DNA of 64,000 bases from Podarcis filfolensis (Eukaryota). Shown piece by piece: positions 26,839-38,972 of this stretch. The notes beneath the pieces are model-generated. The model was not told the DNA's origin. It did no database searches and saw nothing but the letters and a program-made list of their open reading frames with translations. Positions within the stretch are counted from its first letter, which is position 1. Every line of letters begins with the position of its first letter. The DNA is taken from the NCBI GenBank assembly GCA_964270895.1, contig OZ185441.1. One strand, given 5' to 3'. The position numbers were made by a program, and so were the translations under genes.

Positions 26839-27375
26839 CTGGATCCTTGGTAAGCTTGCAAAAGGGTTGTGAGAAACAAGTATTAGAGGACAGTCAACAG
26901 GAGTGATTTGCACATCACACACTGCATTTATCATGGGTGCCTAGCCTGCAAAACATGGGGTATCTCTTAACATTCTCTGCAAAAGCGAATGGAGATGCTC
27001 GCTCCCAGCTACGTATATCATGTAGGAATGCGTATCAGGCAACTGGGACAAGTTGCAGCTCCATGCCTCATAGCTGTCCCCACAGTATCTTGCCTGAGGC
27101 CACATCACCCATGAAACCACTGGGAAAGTTCTGAACTGCCAACTTCCTGGGTCACAGCTGACAATCTTGCACTGCGATCCTTTACTCAGCTGTAAGTGTA
27201 ACTGTATTCAGTGGGAGCACATCCTCAGGCTGGTGTGCATAGTTCCTTAAACCATTAAGTACCATAAAACCAGTCTGACGGGAGTTCCAGGCCATTTCTT
27301 CATCTCTATGGGTGCAATGGGGCCTTATTATGAGATACTTCTGGGGTCATCAGCAGGGCCTGTGGTGCTTATATC

Positions 27376-27494
27376 CAGTGCTTTTTTCCTAGAAAAATAG
27401 GTGCCGGAACTCACCATGAAGTTGTTACAGTAAGTGCCACACAAAAAGAGGTGCCAGTACTGCGTACCCTTGCGTACCCCCTGGGGGAGCCCTG
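27376..27494. mobile_element. hAT-type MITE (CAGTGCTTTT family)
   Basis: Homologous to 7098-7237; TSD CTTATATC / CTTGTATC. Confidence 0.8.
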
Positions 27495-27526
27495 CTTGTA
27501 TCTACCCAGAATTACTGAATGACCAG

Positions 27527-27889
27527 GTAAAGGTAAAGGGACCCCTGACCATTAGATCCAGTCGTGACCGACTCTGGGGTTGTGGCACTCATTTTGCTCT
27601 ATGGGCCGAGGGAGCCGGCCTTTGTCCACAGACAGCTTCCGGGTCATGTGGCCAGCATGACTAAGCCACTTCTGGTGAACCAGAGCAGCGTACATAAACG
27701 CCGTTTACCTTCCCGCCGGAGCGGTACCTGTTTATCTACCTGCACTTTGACGTGCTTTCGAATTGCTAGGTTGGCAGGAGCAGGGACCGAGCAACGGGAG
27801 CTCACTCCGTCGTGGGGATTCGAACCGCCAACCTTCTGATCGGCAAGTCCTAGGCTCTGTGGTTTAACCCACAGCGCCACCTGCGTCCC
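27527..27889 (-). mobile_element. Sauria SINE, full length
   Basis: 14-bp TSD TACTGAATGACCAG at 27513-27526 and 27890-27903. Confidence 0.92.
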
Positions 27890-30800
27890 TACTGAATGAC
27901 CAGAGTTAGGATAAAAAGCTTGCACTCTTAGTGCTGGGACGTGGGACCTATGGCTCTTCCGATGGCAATGGTCAGTGGTGGAAGTTGTGGTGCAACAAGC
28001 ATGACAATGGTGGCCTATTAGCTGTTGTTTTGTATTGGAAGTTCTACTATCCTTTGCATCTATGTGTTTTGTTTTTTTTTAATTCTGGAGGGGCAGAGGT
28101 TCCCTATATCCCTGCTTTCAGTGGACAAGAAAGCAGACCCACTTGGCCCCTCGACCCACCCACCCCTGACAAGTTTTCCAAATGAGCAACACGGGTGTCA
28201 AAGGATGTGCTGGATTAAGTGCTTGGAACTTTGGGATTTGCCAGCATTTCAGCAAAGGGCAGGAAGGAGGAAGAATGAAGGGCAGTGGTCTGACTCATAT
28301 GGTCACTAGAGACATTACCAGAGCATAGCAAGGGAAAAGGTGTGTGCTAAAGATTTCAAAACGTGTGTGTGTCTGTGTGTGATGTTGACTGAAATAGAAC
28401 CAACAGTTTGGTGTCTAGCCACAGTAACATTTGTATGTTTTTATGGGGAATTATGGGTGTGGACCCCAGGCATCTGTTGGATAAGGAATGTGACTTTTTA
28501 TCCCAGATCTATATAATATGGAAGTGGGGTGCGGGAATGCTGGAATTTTTTAAGAATACTGATGACATCACAATCAATCTTACAGAAATATAAGCTGAAC
28601 AGCCCAATCATATGCTTAATTATTCTGAAATAAATCCCACTGTGTACTTGCTGTAGGATCAAGCAGACAGGAGAGGCATTCTGGAGGCAGCAACTTCTAG
28701 CATATTCTCTTTTATATTGTAATTTATAAGTTCCAATGCTTTCCACAAAATGCAGTAAAAAACTCCCCAAAAAAACCTAAATTTCCCACACTATGGTAAT
28801 ATTTAGAGCTAACTTCCAACTGTTCGAAGTTGTGTGTAGGTGTATGGTGTTTTCCCTCAAGAATATATTTATATATAAAAAAGCCTTTGGAGTTCAGTCA
28901 GCAGCATACAGCTTTATGCTGTTCAATAAATCATGGGGGGAAATAATACATTGTGTTAGTTACATCTGAATTTTCCCACGTTTACTTACTTTTCTGCAGA
29001 AGAGGCTCAGCACTGCCCCCTAGTGTTCTGTTTTCCATGACATACTTCATTTATTAGAAAGAAATATAATAAAAAGTGAAAATGTGCAATTTTATACCCC
29101 AGTGTATGGATCTTTACAAAACTCTTGTGGAGTAAGTTATCAGAGGATGGTGACCAGAATGCCCAGTTCTTTTAAAAATATGTTTGTTTTTAAATGATAC
29201 CTTTCGTTGTCTTTCACCATTAGCTTATTGACACACCTTAAGTATTTTGAGCCTCTCTTCAAAATAAAAATAGTTAATAATTTTATCACATGAACAAAGA
29301 ACAAAACAAAGTTAGTGTTATACATAAGTGCTTGTTTTGCTCTGTATTGTTAAAAATATGTGTTTGAATTTACTAATTTTAACTGTTACAGTACCCTGCT
29401 TACAGTTTATAATACATGGTTGACACAGTTCTGAAGATAAAGACAAAGCATTGATTTCATATGGAAACATTTATCACGGTATCAGGCTATAAGGGTGGGG
29501 GGGGAATTACCAATGGTTTCGTTCAGCTTTGTCACTCTATTTTCAAGAATGTATACGTGCTTACATTAATGATGCAGCACCCAGTGCAGTTTGAGCACTC
29601 CAGAAGCAAGTAGACCAGGAGACACAAGGGCCTTCAAAGGAGAAGCTGTGAAGAAAGGGAAATTTGGAAAGTCTCATGCAAAAACTCCTCGACCTGCTTT
29701 CAGCACCTGTCTTTACTTTGCTGCCGGTTACACCTGCCACAACTTGTAAGTGGCTCCTTTACGGATATGCTTTCTTCAATGCACTCTGGGGGAAAGTGAA
29801 CTTTGGGGCCTCCTGTAGCACACATCCTACAGCTTCTGCTGCTGTTGCTTTTGTGTGGTTGGGGCTGATTTTTGCAGGTTCCGCACTCTCTGAGAGTTCT
29901 GAGTAGCTCAACCCAGACGCTAACGCTGATTGCTTTGCTTTCTGTAATTTGGGTGAAGGGAAGAAATCTGGGCCTGCTCAGAAATGCGCCTGGAGGACCC
30001 TAACATTCAGGTGGGTTGCTTTCTGTGCTCTCCACCTGAAGCAGACACTTCTCCTGCTCCTCTCAACTCTACATTTTCTCTCTCCAAAACACCAAACGCG
30101 GCACAACAAATCTAAACAGAGATTAACCTTAAATTAGTATTAGGTGTAAGTTAGTTATTATTGCAGGCTGACACTCGTTCACATCAGTGGCAAATAAGCA
30201 TCATCAAATTCAGGGTTACTGCAGCCACACCATGGTATAAAATTAGAGTATTCTGCTGGAGACATGAACAGATACAGAGCATTGTGCTGGTGTGAAGAAT
30301 GTGCATGCTCATGCTACTGCAGTGGAAACAGCTACCAAAATTGGTACACCATAGCAGCTTAAGTGCTGTTATACTACACTATATTATACTATACTACATA
30401 CTATACTATATTACATTGAAAGCTGTGGCTGGTATGTAGAAATTGGGGGCAGGACTGGAAACAGCAGTGTTCCTCTAACCTCATTTCTGATATATAGTAT
30501 TTGTAGTAAGAAGTTATAGCATAGCATAACAGAAGAAGACAGATGTGTTTTGGTTGACTCACATGGGATGTGGCTGTGCTTTTCTCCATATAAGGGTCTA
30601 ACTAAATATTACATGCACGTGCATATAATAAAACCCTTCTGGCCTGCTTCTGCATTGCAAAACGGTATTGGGGGTGGTGGTGGAGGAAACTTGCAGTGGA
30701 ACACAGTAGAGGGAAGGGGTGATTGTTTAAGGCTTTCCCACTTCCTACTTATCCCCTTCTCTCCAGCCATTTTGCTATGTTACAAGGTTCCGGGTCTTTT

Positions 30801-31855
30801 TGCAAGATTAAAAAGTCACCAGGTGCAGTACTGCACATCAAGGGAGCTGAGTTTTTTTTATTCATTCCCAGTGCCCACTTGTGGAGTGTTCATGTGCAAC
30901 ACAGACTGTGAAAATCTGGAGCTGATCCCTACCCAGAAATGGCATCCTATGCTTTGGAAAAGGTCAGACTGAAATTACGCCTGAGTAGTAGGCTTCTGCT
31001 CAACCAGACTGAAATTAAACCTGAGGCTTTTGCTAAAGTTGCTGGGATGTATACATTACCAAACAACATTGGCCATGTTCAGTTACGTGTATGTTACTGA
31101 CTAATGTTTTGTGCGTTGGGCATAAAGTTACATGTCGAAAACTTCATACACAGTGAAATCCCTGGATGTACCTAATATAACAAGTTATATTTTTGCAGTG
31201 GGGCTGGGAAGTGCTTAGGGAAGCAGTATTATTATACCCAGGAAACTGGTGTAAATTAAGGCAGCATAAAATTATACCCAAATCCAAGCTGGCCCAAGCC
31301 TCACGTGGGGAAAATGAGCCTTGGAAATAGTGTTTGTCACACCACACTTTCGCCAGCTTAACTTACCTCAGGTTGCCAGGTCATCTGGCTGTCATGGGCT
31401 GACCCCTATAACACTGACTGAGCTGAGTGGGCTTTGGATCCAGCCCCGATTTAATCCTGCTCCTGAACGCACCTTCTTCAGGGTTTATACTAGCATAAGA
31501 CCTGCTGGGCTAGGCTTAGCCAGCTAGGTCCCAACTGAGACAGGAAATCCATTGCTGTATCTCTTGACTGAGCCAAGGATGAGGGAGTTAAGCTGGAGTA
31601 GACCCAGCCCAGCTAGAGATCTGCTGGATCCTGACCTTGCTTATCCCGGTGGATCATGCAATAGGATTGCTCCCTATGAAGTGAATGTCATTTACACGAA
31701 TGTAAGTTTCTGGTTGAGGCACTTCGAATAGCAATGGTTCTTTACCAATGAAGGCACTGGCCTTTTTCTACGCCAGAACATTTTATTTGTCTCCCATTAA
31801 GGCTGAAAATCTACACACACTTACTTGGTAGTCCCAATGAACTCAGTAGGCCATA

Positions 31856-32088
31856 CAGTGGTACCTCAGGTTACAGACACTTCAGGTTACAGACGCTTCA
31901 GGTTACAGACTCCGCTAACCCAGAAATAGTACCTCGGGTTAAGAACTTTGCTTCAGGATGAGAACAGAAATCGTGCAGTGGCGGCAGCAGGAGGCCCCAT
32001 TAGCTAAAGTGGTCTTCAGGTTAAGAACAGTTTCAGGTTAAGAACGGACCTCCAGAACTAATTAAGTTCTTAACCCGAGGTACCACTG
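31856..32088. mobile_element. Tc1/mariner (pogo/Tigger-like) MITE
   Basis: TIR CAGTGGTACCTC / GAGGTACCACTG; TA TSD followed by (TA)n. Confidence 0.9.
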
Positions 32089-33305
32089 TATATATATATA
32101 TATTTAGAAAACAAAAACAACAAACAATAACAAGCATTTCATTCTGAATATTAAAATGGATTCAGCTCCTCTATACGTACTTAAATTGTGTACGCCACCA
32201 GTTAATATAATCTCAATGTAATGCCACTTGTGCAAATAGATTTCTACTATATTTTGTTCAGTGAATGTAAAGCCAGAAAATAAAGTGCTGTTGTTAATTA
32301 CGGAGCCTGATCCCATACACACAAGTCCCAAGTGAATGGGGCTTACTTTCAATTAGATGCACAGGGCTATAACACTGCACAGCAAGGTAATGTGTATTAA
32401 CAGTGAACAATGTTAGCTGCTTTCTTAATCCATTAATATCATATAGTCTCCTCGCCTACCGCTGCATTTGCAGTGATGGGGTGGGGGGGGCTTGCAACAG
32501 TTTAAACAACAGAATTTCAGCAAATCAATCAACAGCAACAGAGACCAGTAGTAAAAAGAGAAACAAGGTGCAGAAATAAAACAAATCAAAATAGGGGGTC
32601 TATTAGGATCTTAACAGTGTATTTATTATCATTGCTATCAGGCTGAGTAAACTAAAGATGATGATCAGATGCTGCCAGCACTTTTTGAGAAATGGATGAA
32701 ATAACTAGATATTGGCTGGCTTGGATAGGCAACAATTTATCCAGATATTCTCGGCATACAAAGTTTTTCCTGTCTAAGATACAAATGTTATTGACTGATC
32801 TGAACCGAAAAGGCAAGATCTGGTTTAGAAAAGGGTCCACATTTAGGCAGTAAATCAAACATTAATAGTTTTTAAATGTTCCTGCCACTGAAGAAGTGAT
32901 GTATTAAGAGCATCTGAATTTAGCTTCGAACTGTTCCTTTCACAGCTCTCTTACTGAAGTGATATTTTCAGTAATTGCATTGCAGTTAGGCAGGCTGCTT
33001 ATCCTAATCTGTGCTAATTGTTGCAGCAGAGGTAGTAGCTTGTGTTGTCACCTATACTATAGTTATGTTATCCATCTGGGACTTTAGGGGTATTAGTGCA
33101 TGTAACACAGATTTTGTGCCAGTCCACCTTGACTGAATGTATGTTTCTGGGATCAAGACTACTGTAAATGTTGGTTTTGACTTGTGAAGCCCTAAAAGGT
33201 TTAGGAGCAAGTTATCTGCACCCTTTGGAGCCTGTTTGAACACTGAGAGCTGCCTTTTTTAAAAGGCCTGCCACTGAGATTGGTTCGGTTGGTGGGCATG
33301 AATGA

Positions 33306-33442
33306 GAGTGTTTCCTCAACCTCGGTCCTCCAGATGTTTTGAGACTACAGTTCCCATCATCCCTGACCACTGGTCCTGCTAGCTAGGGATCATGGGAGTT
33401 GTAGACCAAAAACATCTGGAGGGCCGAGGCTGAGGAAGCCTG
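33306..33442. mobile_element. hAT-type MITE (CTACAAYTCCCA family)
   Basis: Same palindromic core as 3386-3521; ends TTTCCTCAACCTCGG / CCGAGGCTGAGGAAGCCTG. Confidence 0.8.
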
Positions 33443-33569
33443 CCCTGGGTTACGTAACCACTCTCCTGCTGAGTTGGAACAAACTCTACATTAACAGCTT
33501 TAAAAACATGCTTATTTAGGAAGGCCTAATTATTATTTTAAGTGGGGCGTTTGGGGTATTAGGGGAGGT

Positions 33570-34300
33570 GTAGTACCTCTGGTTGGGAACACAAGATGCT
33601 CCTTCTGGGGTAGTTTGTCCACCTTTTGTCCTCATCCTGGGAGCTCTCACCTGTGGCTCCTAGAAAAAATCAGCATATGACAGCAGCCACACCCTGGGAA
33701 CAGCTTCGACTGGCTGGCTAAACCAAGTAATGGGGTCTCAAACCCTCAGTGAGTTAGGGACTTCACTGCATGTGAAGACAGGCTCTAGTGGATTGAGCAG
33801 ACAAGACCAATAGTGGCTGCAACGGTCAATAATGTGGTTCCTGCATGTGCTGTAGAGGGAAGTGAGGGGCAAATGATGCTCATCAACCTGGGAAGGTAGC
33901 TCATGTAGGAGAAGGAAAACTCTGATGCTTGGGAGAAGAAAAGGCTAAGGAGTAAACCCTACATAAATACAGAGTGGAATCCCTAAGATGGTTGGATGGC
34001 ACCTTGTATGCCTCCTTCCAGCAACTCCTGCAGCCACGCTGATGCCAAATATATTGCTCTGCTTTTCTTTGGACCACATCAGCAACACCGAGAGGGAGGT
34101 CTTGTCTCCTGGGCAGCCCAGGACCTCCATGCACACTGCCCAGGCTTGTGCCCTGGGGAGGACCCTTCGGTGCTGCTAACCGAGTTTCAAGTTACCGGTC
34201 TCTGCAGCCACAACAGGCCCTTTAAATACTCCAGTGGTTTGACTTCACCCCTGGAGGTGCACTCCAATGTCTTTCGAGACAGATGGAAACCAACAATATT
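33570..34300 (+). mobile_element. Probable RTE-clade derived non-coding repeat
   Basis: Contains GGTAGCTCATGTAGGAGAAGGAAAACTCTGAT, which I recognise as resembling RTE-clade 5' UTR sequence; no ORF. Family and boundaries unverified. Confidence 0.45.
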
Positions 34301-36659
34301 TCAAGTTATTCAGCTGTCTTAAAAATGTTTTAATGCTGTGGGGTCCCCCCCAGCCCTGAAATTAATATCAAAGCCTATGCTTTTATTCCTGTTTGTAGTT
34401 TATTTGGCTCAAGTTGCATTTTTTTATTATTCTGCTGCATAACTCACTTGTTTTGTGTGTGTGTGTTACAGCATTTTGTTATTCTGCTGTAAGTTGCCTT
34501 GTGTGGGTTATGCCCCAAAATGTGACGCATAAACATGTTTATAAATGAATAAAACAATTGTATGACTGTCTTTACACAGTGTCATTTTCTATATTTTTGT
34601 GTATGGGCCCTTAAACCCAGTTCAAGGCACTATAGACCTAAAGTGCTATATCATTAGAAACAGACTGTAAAACTCTGTCCTAAGATTTACGTCACAGTTA
34701 CATACCTAGGATTGGACATCCATGCTGAGTCACAAAACATCCCAGCCGTGTCCAGCGATACTCAACTTCCTAGGGTTTCAGGCAGGATCTGGAGAGGTTG
34801 GAGACACAAAACATGCATTCCACCACTGATGTGTGAATTTCGCTTCAAATACTTGTTGCTATTTTATGTGATTTGTTTAAGATGGGATGTTCACTAAATC
34901 AAATTCTGCAACTGTGTGGATTTCTGAATTTACACTTTCCAACCGTATTTAAGATGTCCCCTAAGGTATTATCTCTGTTAAGGGTACAGTAATTTGTCAT
35001 CAGTCCCTATGCAGTCTTCAGTGCTCTGTGTTCATGATTAACGGTGCATGCTTAAACCGGAAAAGAACAAGACCATCATTAGAACCATCCTATTAGGAAC
35101 CTAACACCAGTTTTGGGACCTGTCTGCTCTATTATTCTTATTCTTATTCTTAACCACCCTTCATTCCTAGATCTCAGGGCAGTTCACAACATAGGAGTCC
35201 TGTTCGTTCACTCCAGCATATCTGTGACACACCAATTTTGAGGAGTGCAGAGTATTTGGGAGATAAGTTTGGACTGCTTTTGGATCGTACTTTTTTTGTC
35301 CTCAATTCATTTCCCCCCCTACATTGTCATCAGGTGGCATGTAATTTATTCTGAAGGTTCTCCTTTTTTTGTCTCAGCGCCTACTAGGGATGAAGCAATG
35401 ACTTGATGGGTGCTGTAGAACCTGTTTCACTTCTAACAGTACTGTTGGATAAGAAGGGAAAGTCTGAGCTATTTATTGTTTGTTTTAAAATTACTGTTTT
35501 CCATTTTCACAGGCATTAAGATTTGAGAGTTGGGCAACTCAACGAATCATAGACAAAGTATGCCATTGTAAACAATGTACCTGAGTGTATTAACGAAGAA
35601 GGGGGGGGGCGAGAGACAAGCATCCAGTTTATAGCCTTATTTGTTCTGCAAACCATTCGTTGACCAGCCTATTTGCCACCGGCTCACCAGCACTTTCCAG
35701 AGGAGGAGCTCTTCACCGAGGCTTTTTTCGCCTCCTCCCTCCAAGAGAAACTGAAGGGGGCGAGGAGGGAGGGAGGAAGACTTGGCATGCTACTTAATGC
35801 AAATCATCCAGGATTATAAGAAATCATATGCAGGAGAGTGAACCTTATCCACCTGCCTGCATGGTGAATAACGAGGGCCGGTTGGCAGTCAGGATATCCA
35901 CGGTAGCAGCTCCTAAAGGCAAAGCAACACGACGGTGTAATTTACAGCCACAAAAAACCTCTCCTTTGCTTCTTCCCAAATAAGTATGTAGAAGCTGCGC
36001 TACTGTGCGAAAACTACTAATCATACAAACCAGTAGGCCATATGTTTTCCACTGGAGAAGACAGGATCGAATAGAAAGCAGTGAAGAGCGCGTTGCGGGG
36101 CGGGAGCGAAGTTTGTGTGTTTAATCTGTTTAGATAAAAGGAAGAGATTAAGCAAAAACACGTGCTGGGTTCTTCTCCCATCCCCCACCCCGCTTCCTCC
36201 TCTCAACGAGGAAACGCTCCCAAGGAGTCGCCTTTCCCTTTACGCGGAAGTCCACGCTTCCAATGCATCGCCCGCCCGCTCCCCCCTCCCTATCCCCCTT
36301 CTCTGCTAACATAACGGGCAGAGCTCATCTCCCTCCCTCCCTCCTTCCACCCCCAGAGTGTAGTAACACACGGACGCCAGCCCCGCTCCCTCCTTTCCGC
36401 TCGCGAGCGCGCCGGCGCGCACACGCATTCACACGTGCACACGCACTTTCCTCTCCACGCCCCCCTCCCCCGCCGCCCCAGGCCCGCCGCCCTTTTCGCC
36501 CTCACACGCGCACACGCGATGAAGTAGGAGGAGAAATGCAAACGCAAAAAAAGGGAGGAGAGGTGGGGGGAAAGAGAGAGAAAAAGAAAAACCAGAAATC
36601 TCAGCTGCACTTCTGGCCCTTTTAAAAAGTTTGTGTAAATTGGAATGAGGTCAGATTTG

Positions 36660-36830
36660 GAGCTTCTCATTGCACGCGGTGATTATTGTTACATTGGGTT
36701 CCAAGCCAATGGGAGCCGAGGGGGTGGGGTTTGGCACGGCGGAGCGTTGGATACAGCCTGCGATTGGCTGGGGAAATGACTGTGAAAGGATAAAGGGGCG
36801 CGAGGCGGAATTGGGGTCCGCTCTAAGCTG
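36660..36830 (+). promoter_or_regulatory. SOX4 core promoter
   Basis: CCAAT boxes at 36693-36697 (ATTGG), 36706-36710 and 36763-36767 (ATTGG); TATA-like GATAAA at 36789-36794; GC-rich GGGGCGCGAGGCGG; CTCTAAGCTGCAGC at 36821 resembles the mammalian SOX4 5' end as I recall it (unverified). Confidence 0.7.
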
Positions 36831-37673
36831 CAGCCAGAGTAACCGTCTAAGAGAGGGGGGCGGTGCGGAAAAAGCAGGCCACTTGCATCGCCCCGGTTTG
36901 TACATGTCTCTTTCCTCTCTTTGGGGCTGTGCATCCAAAGGAAGGCGAGACGGGACTAAATACATTGATTGCACCAGTCACCGCGCTTCCTCCCGGGAAG
37001 ACACACATTTGTTAACGCTACTTGGTTGCATGCGCGGGGCCGCCTAATCCCTCGCAGCCACTGAATGCCCGTCGAACAAACTCCTGCTCCCTTCTACCAC
37101 GAGTCCTGGACGGACTGAGGAAGATTTTCGTTTTCTTTTCTTTTTTCCTTTGCTTTGTGGGAGGCGGCCTTTTTTTTTAAAGAGGTATTTTTGGTTTTTT
37201 TGCTGTGCCCTTCCAAGAAAACGAGACTTTCAGCAGTGGGCGTGCTGCTTTGCTGAAACACCTCGAGCAGGGAGAGGAGAGGGAGAAAGACGGAGCGAGC
37301 AAAGCACTTGTAAACTCCGGGGTGGGGGAAGAGGTGGAAGAGAGAGAGGCGAGAGACCTTGGATTGGCGGTTGGCGGCGTTAAAAAAAGAAACTGTTTCT
37401 GCTTGGAGCCCGGCTTCTGTAACTAGACCCCCGGCGCAAAGTTGCGGCGGAAAGGCGGGCAGAAAGTCTGCCGGGCAGAGGAGGAGGAGAGCGGTGTGGA
37501 GCTACAACTACTTCCCAGAGGGAACCGTGCCTTAAGTAGCCGAAGGACGGCGCGCTCGCCGAGGGGGCTGCCGAGCGACGGGGAAAGTTGAGCGCCCGGT
37601 TCCAAGCTGGTGCCAAACTGAGCGCCGCCGCTTCCCCCGACAGCCGCCGCTGCTGCGCGCGCGAGCCGCCGAG

Positions 37674-38972
37674 ATGGTGCAGCAGACGAACAACGCGGAG
37701 AACACGGAGGCGCTCCTGGCCGGCGAGAGCTCCGACTCCGGGGCCAGCGTGGAGCTGGGCATCGCCTCTTCGCCGACGCCGGGCTCGACGGCATCGACGG
37801 GCGGCAAGGCGGACGACCCGAGCTGGTGCAAGACGCCCAGCGGGCACATCAAGCGGCCCATGAACGCCTTCATGGTGTGGTCCCAGATCGAGCGGCGGAA
37901 GATCATGGAGCAGTCGCCCGACATGCACAACGCCGAGATCTCGAAGCGCCTGGGCAAGCGCTGGAAGCTGCTCAAGGACAGCGACAAGATCCCCTTCATC
38001 CGGGAGGCGGAGCGGCTGCGCCTCAAGCACATGGCCGACTACCCCGACTACAAGTACCGGCCCAGGAAGAAGGTGAAGTCGGGCGCCAGCGCCTCCAAGC
38101 CGGGCGAGAAGAGCGGGGGCGGAGGGAGCGGCGGCGGCGGGAATAGCAGCAGCAGCAGCAGCTCAGGAGGAGCCGCCTCCGCTGCCAACTCCTCCAAAGT
38201 CGCCCTGAAAAAGGGCAGCAGCGCCGCCGCCAAGCTCTCGTCGGGTGGCGCCGGCGCGGGCAAGCCGCATCCCAAGCTCAGCCTGGGTGGCGGCGGCGGC
38301 AGCAGCAGCAAAGGCGCGCCTCCGTTCGCCGCCTCGGAGCAGCCGGCCGCCCTGCTGCCCCCGGAACACCACTCTCTGTACAAATCGCGCGCCGCCTCGC
38401 CGGGCTCCTCCTCGCCCTCGGGCGGCGGCAGCGCCAGGCACCTCCCGGAGAAGAAGGCCAAGCGCCTCTACCTCTTCTCGCACGCTTCGCCCGGCGGCGC
38501 CGTGCCGGCGAGCCCCACGCTGAGCTCGTCGACGGAAGCCAGCGACCCGCTGAGCCTCTACGACGAAGCGGGCGCCGCCGCCGGGGCCCCGCACGACGGC
38601 GCCGAGCCCTTGGCTTCGCCCTGCTCGCCATCCGACCACCGCAGCTACACCAGCCTGCGGGCGCCCTGCTCGCCGGCCCCGTCCACCTCGCGCTCGTCGT
38701 CGTCGGGCTCCTCCTCCGCCTCGTGCGCTTCCTCCTCCTCGGACGACGAGTTCGAAGACGACCTGTTGGACCTGCACCCCAGCCCGGGCTTCGACGGCAT
38801 GGCCCTGGGCAGCCTCAGCTCCTCGGTGCTCGACCGGGACCTGGATTTTAACTTGGAGCCCGGCTCGGGCTCCCACTTTGACTTCCCGGACTATTGCACC
38901 CCGGAGGTAAGTGAGATGATCTCGGGGGACTGGCTCGAATCCAGCATTTCCAACCTGGTCTTCACGTACTGA
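37674..38972 (+). CDS. SOX4: SRY-box transcription factor 4 (SoxC group), single exon, 432 aa
   Basis: N-terminus [23 protein letters not shown]; HMG box [77 protein letters not shown]; Gly/Ser-rich middle; C-terminal transactivation domain [28 protein letters not shown]; strong Kozak GCCGAGATGG. Confidence 0.99.
   Translation: MVQQTNNAENTEALLAGESSDSGASVELGIASSPTPGSTASTGGKADDPSWCKTPSGHIKRPMNAFMVWSQIERRKIMEQSPDMHNAEISKRLGKRWKLLKDSDKIPFIREAERLRLKHMADYPDYKYRPRKKVKSGASASKPGEKSGGGGSGGGGNSSSSSSSGGAASAANSSKVALKKGSSAAAKLSSGGAGAGKPHPKLSLGGGGGSSSKGAPPFAASEQPAALLPPEHHSLYKSRAASPGSSSPSGGGSARHLPEKKAKRLYLFSHASPGGAVPASPTLSSSTEASDPLSLYDEAGAAAGAPHDGAEPLASPCSPSDHRSYTSLRAPCSPAPSTSRSSSSGSSSASCASSSSDDEFEDDLLDLHPSPGFDGMALGSLSSSVLDRDLDFNLEPGSGSHFDFPDYCTPEVSEMISGDWLESSISNLVFTY

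Noticed and set aside
37674-38972. SOX11 or SOX12 identity
   Set aside because: The N-terminus [23 protein letters not shown] and the terminal [13 protein letters not shown] match SOX4.
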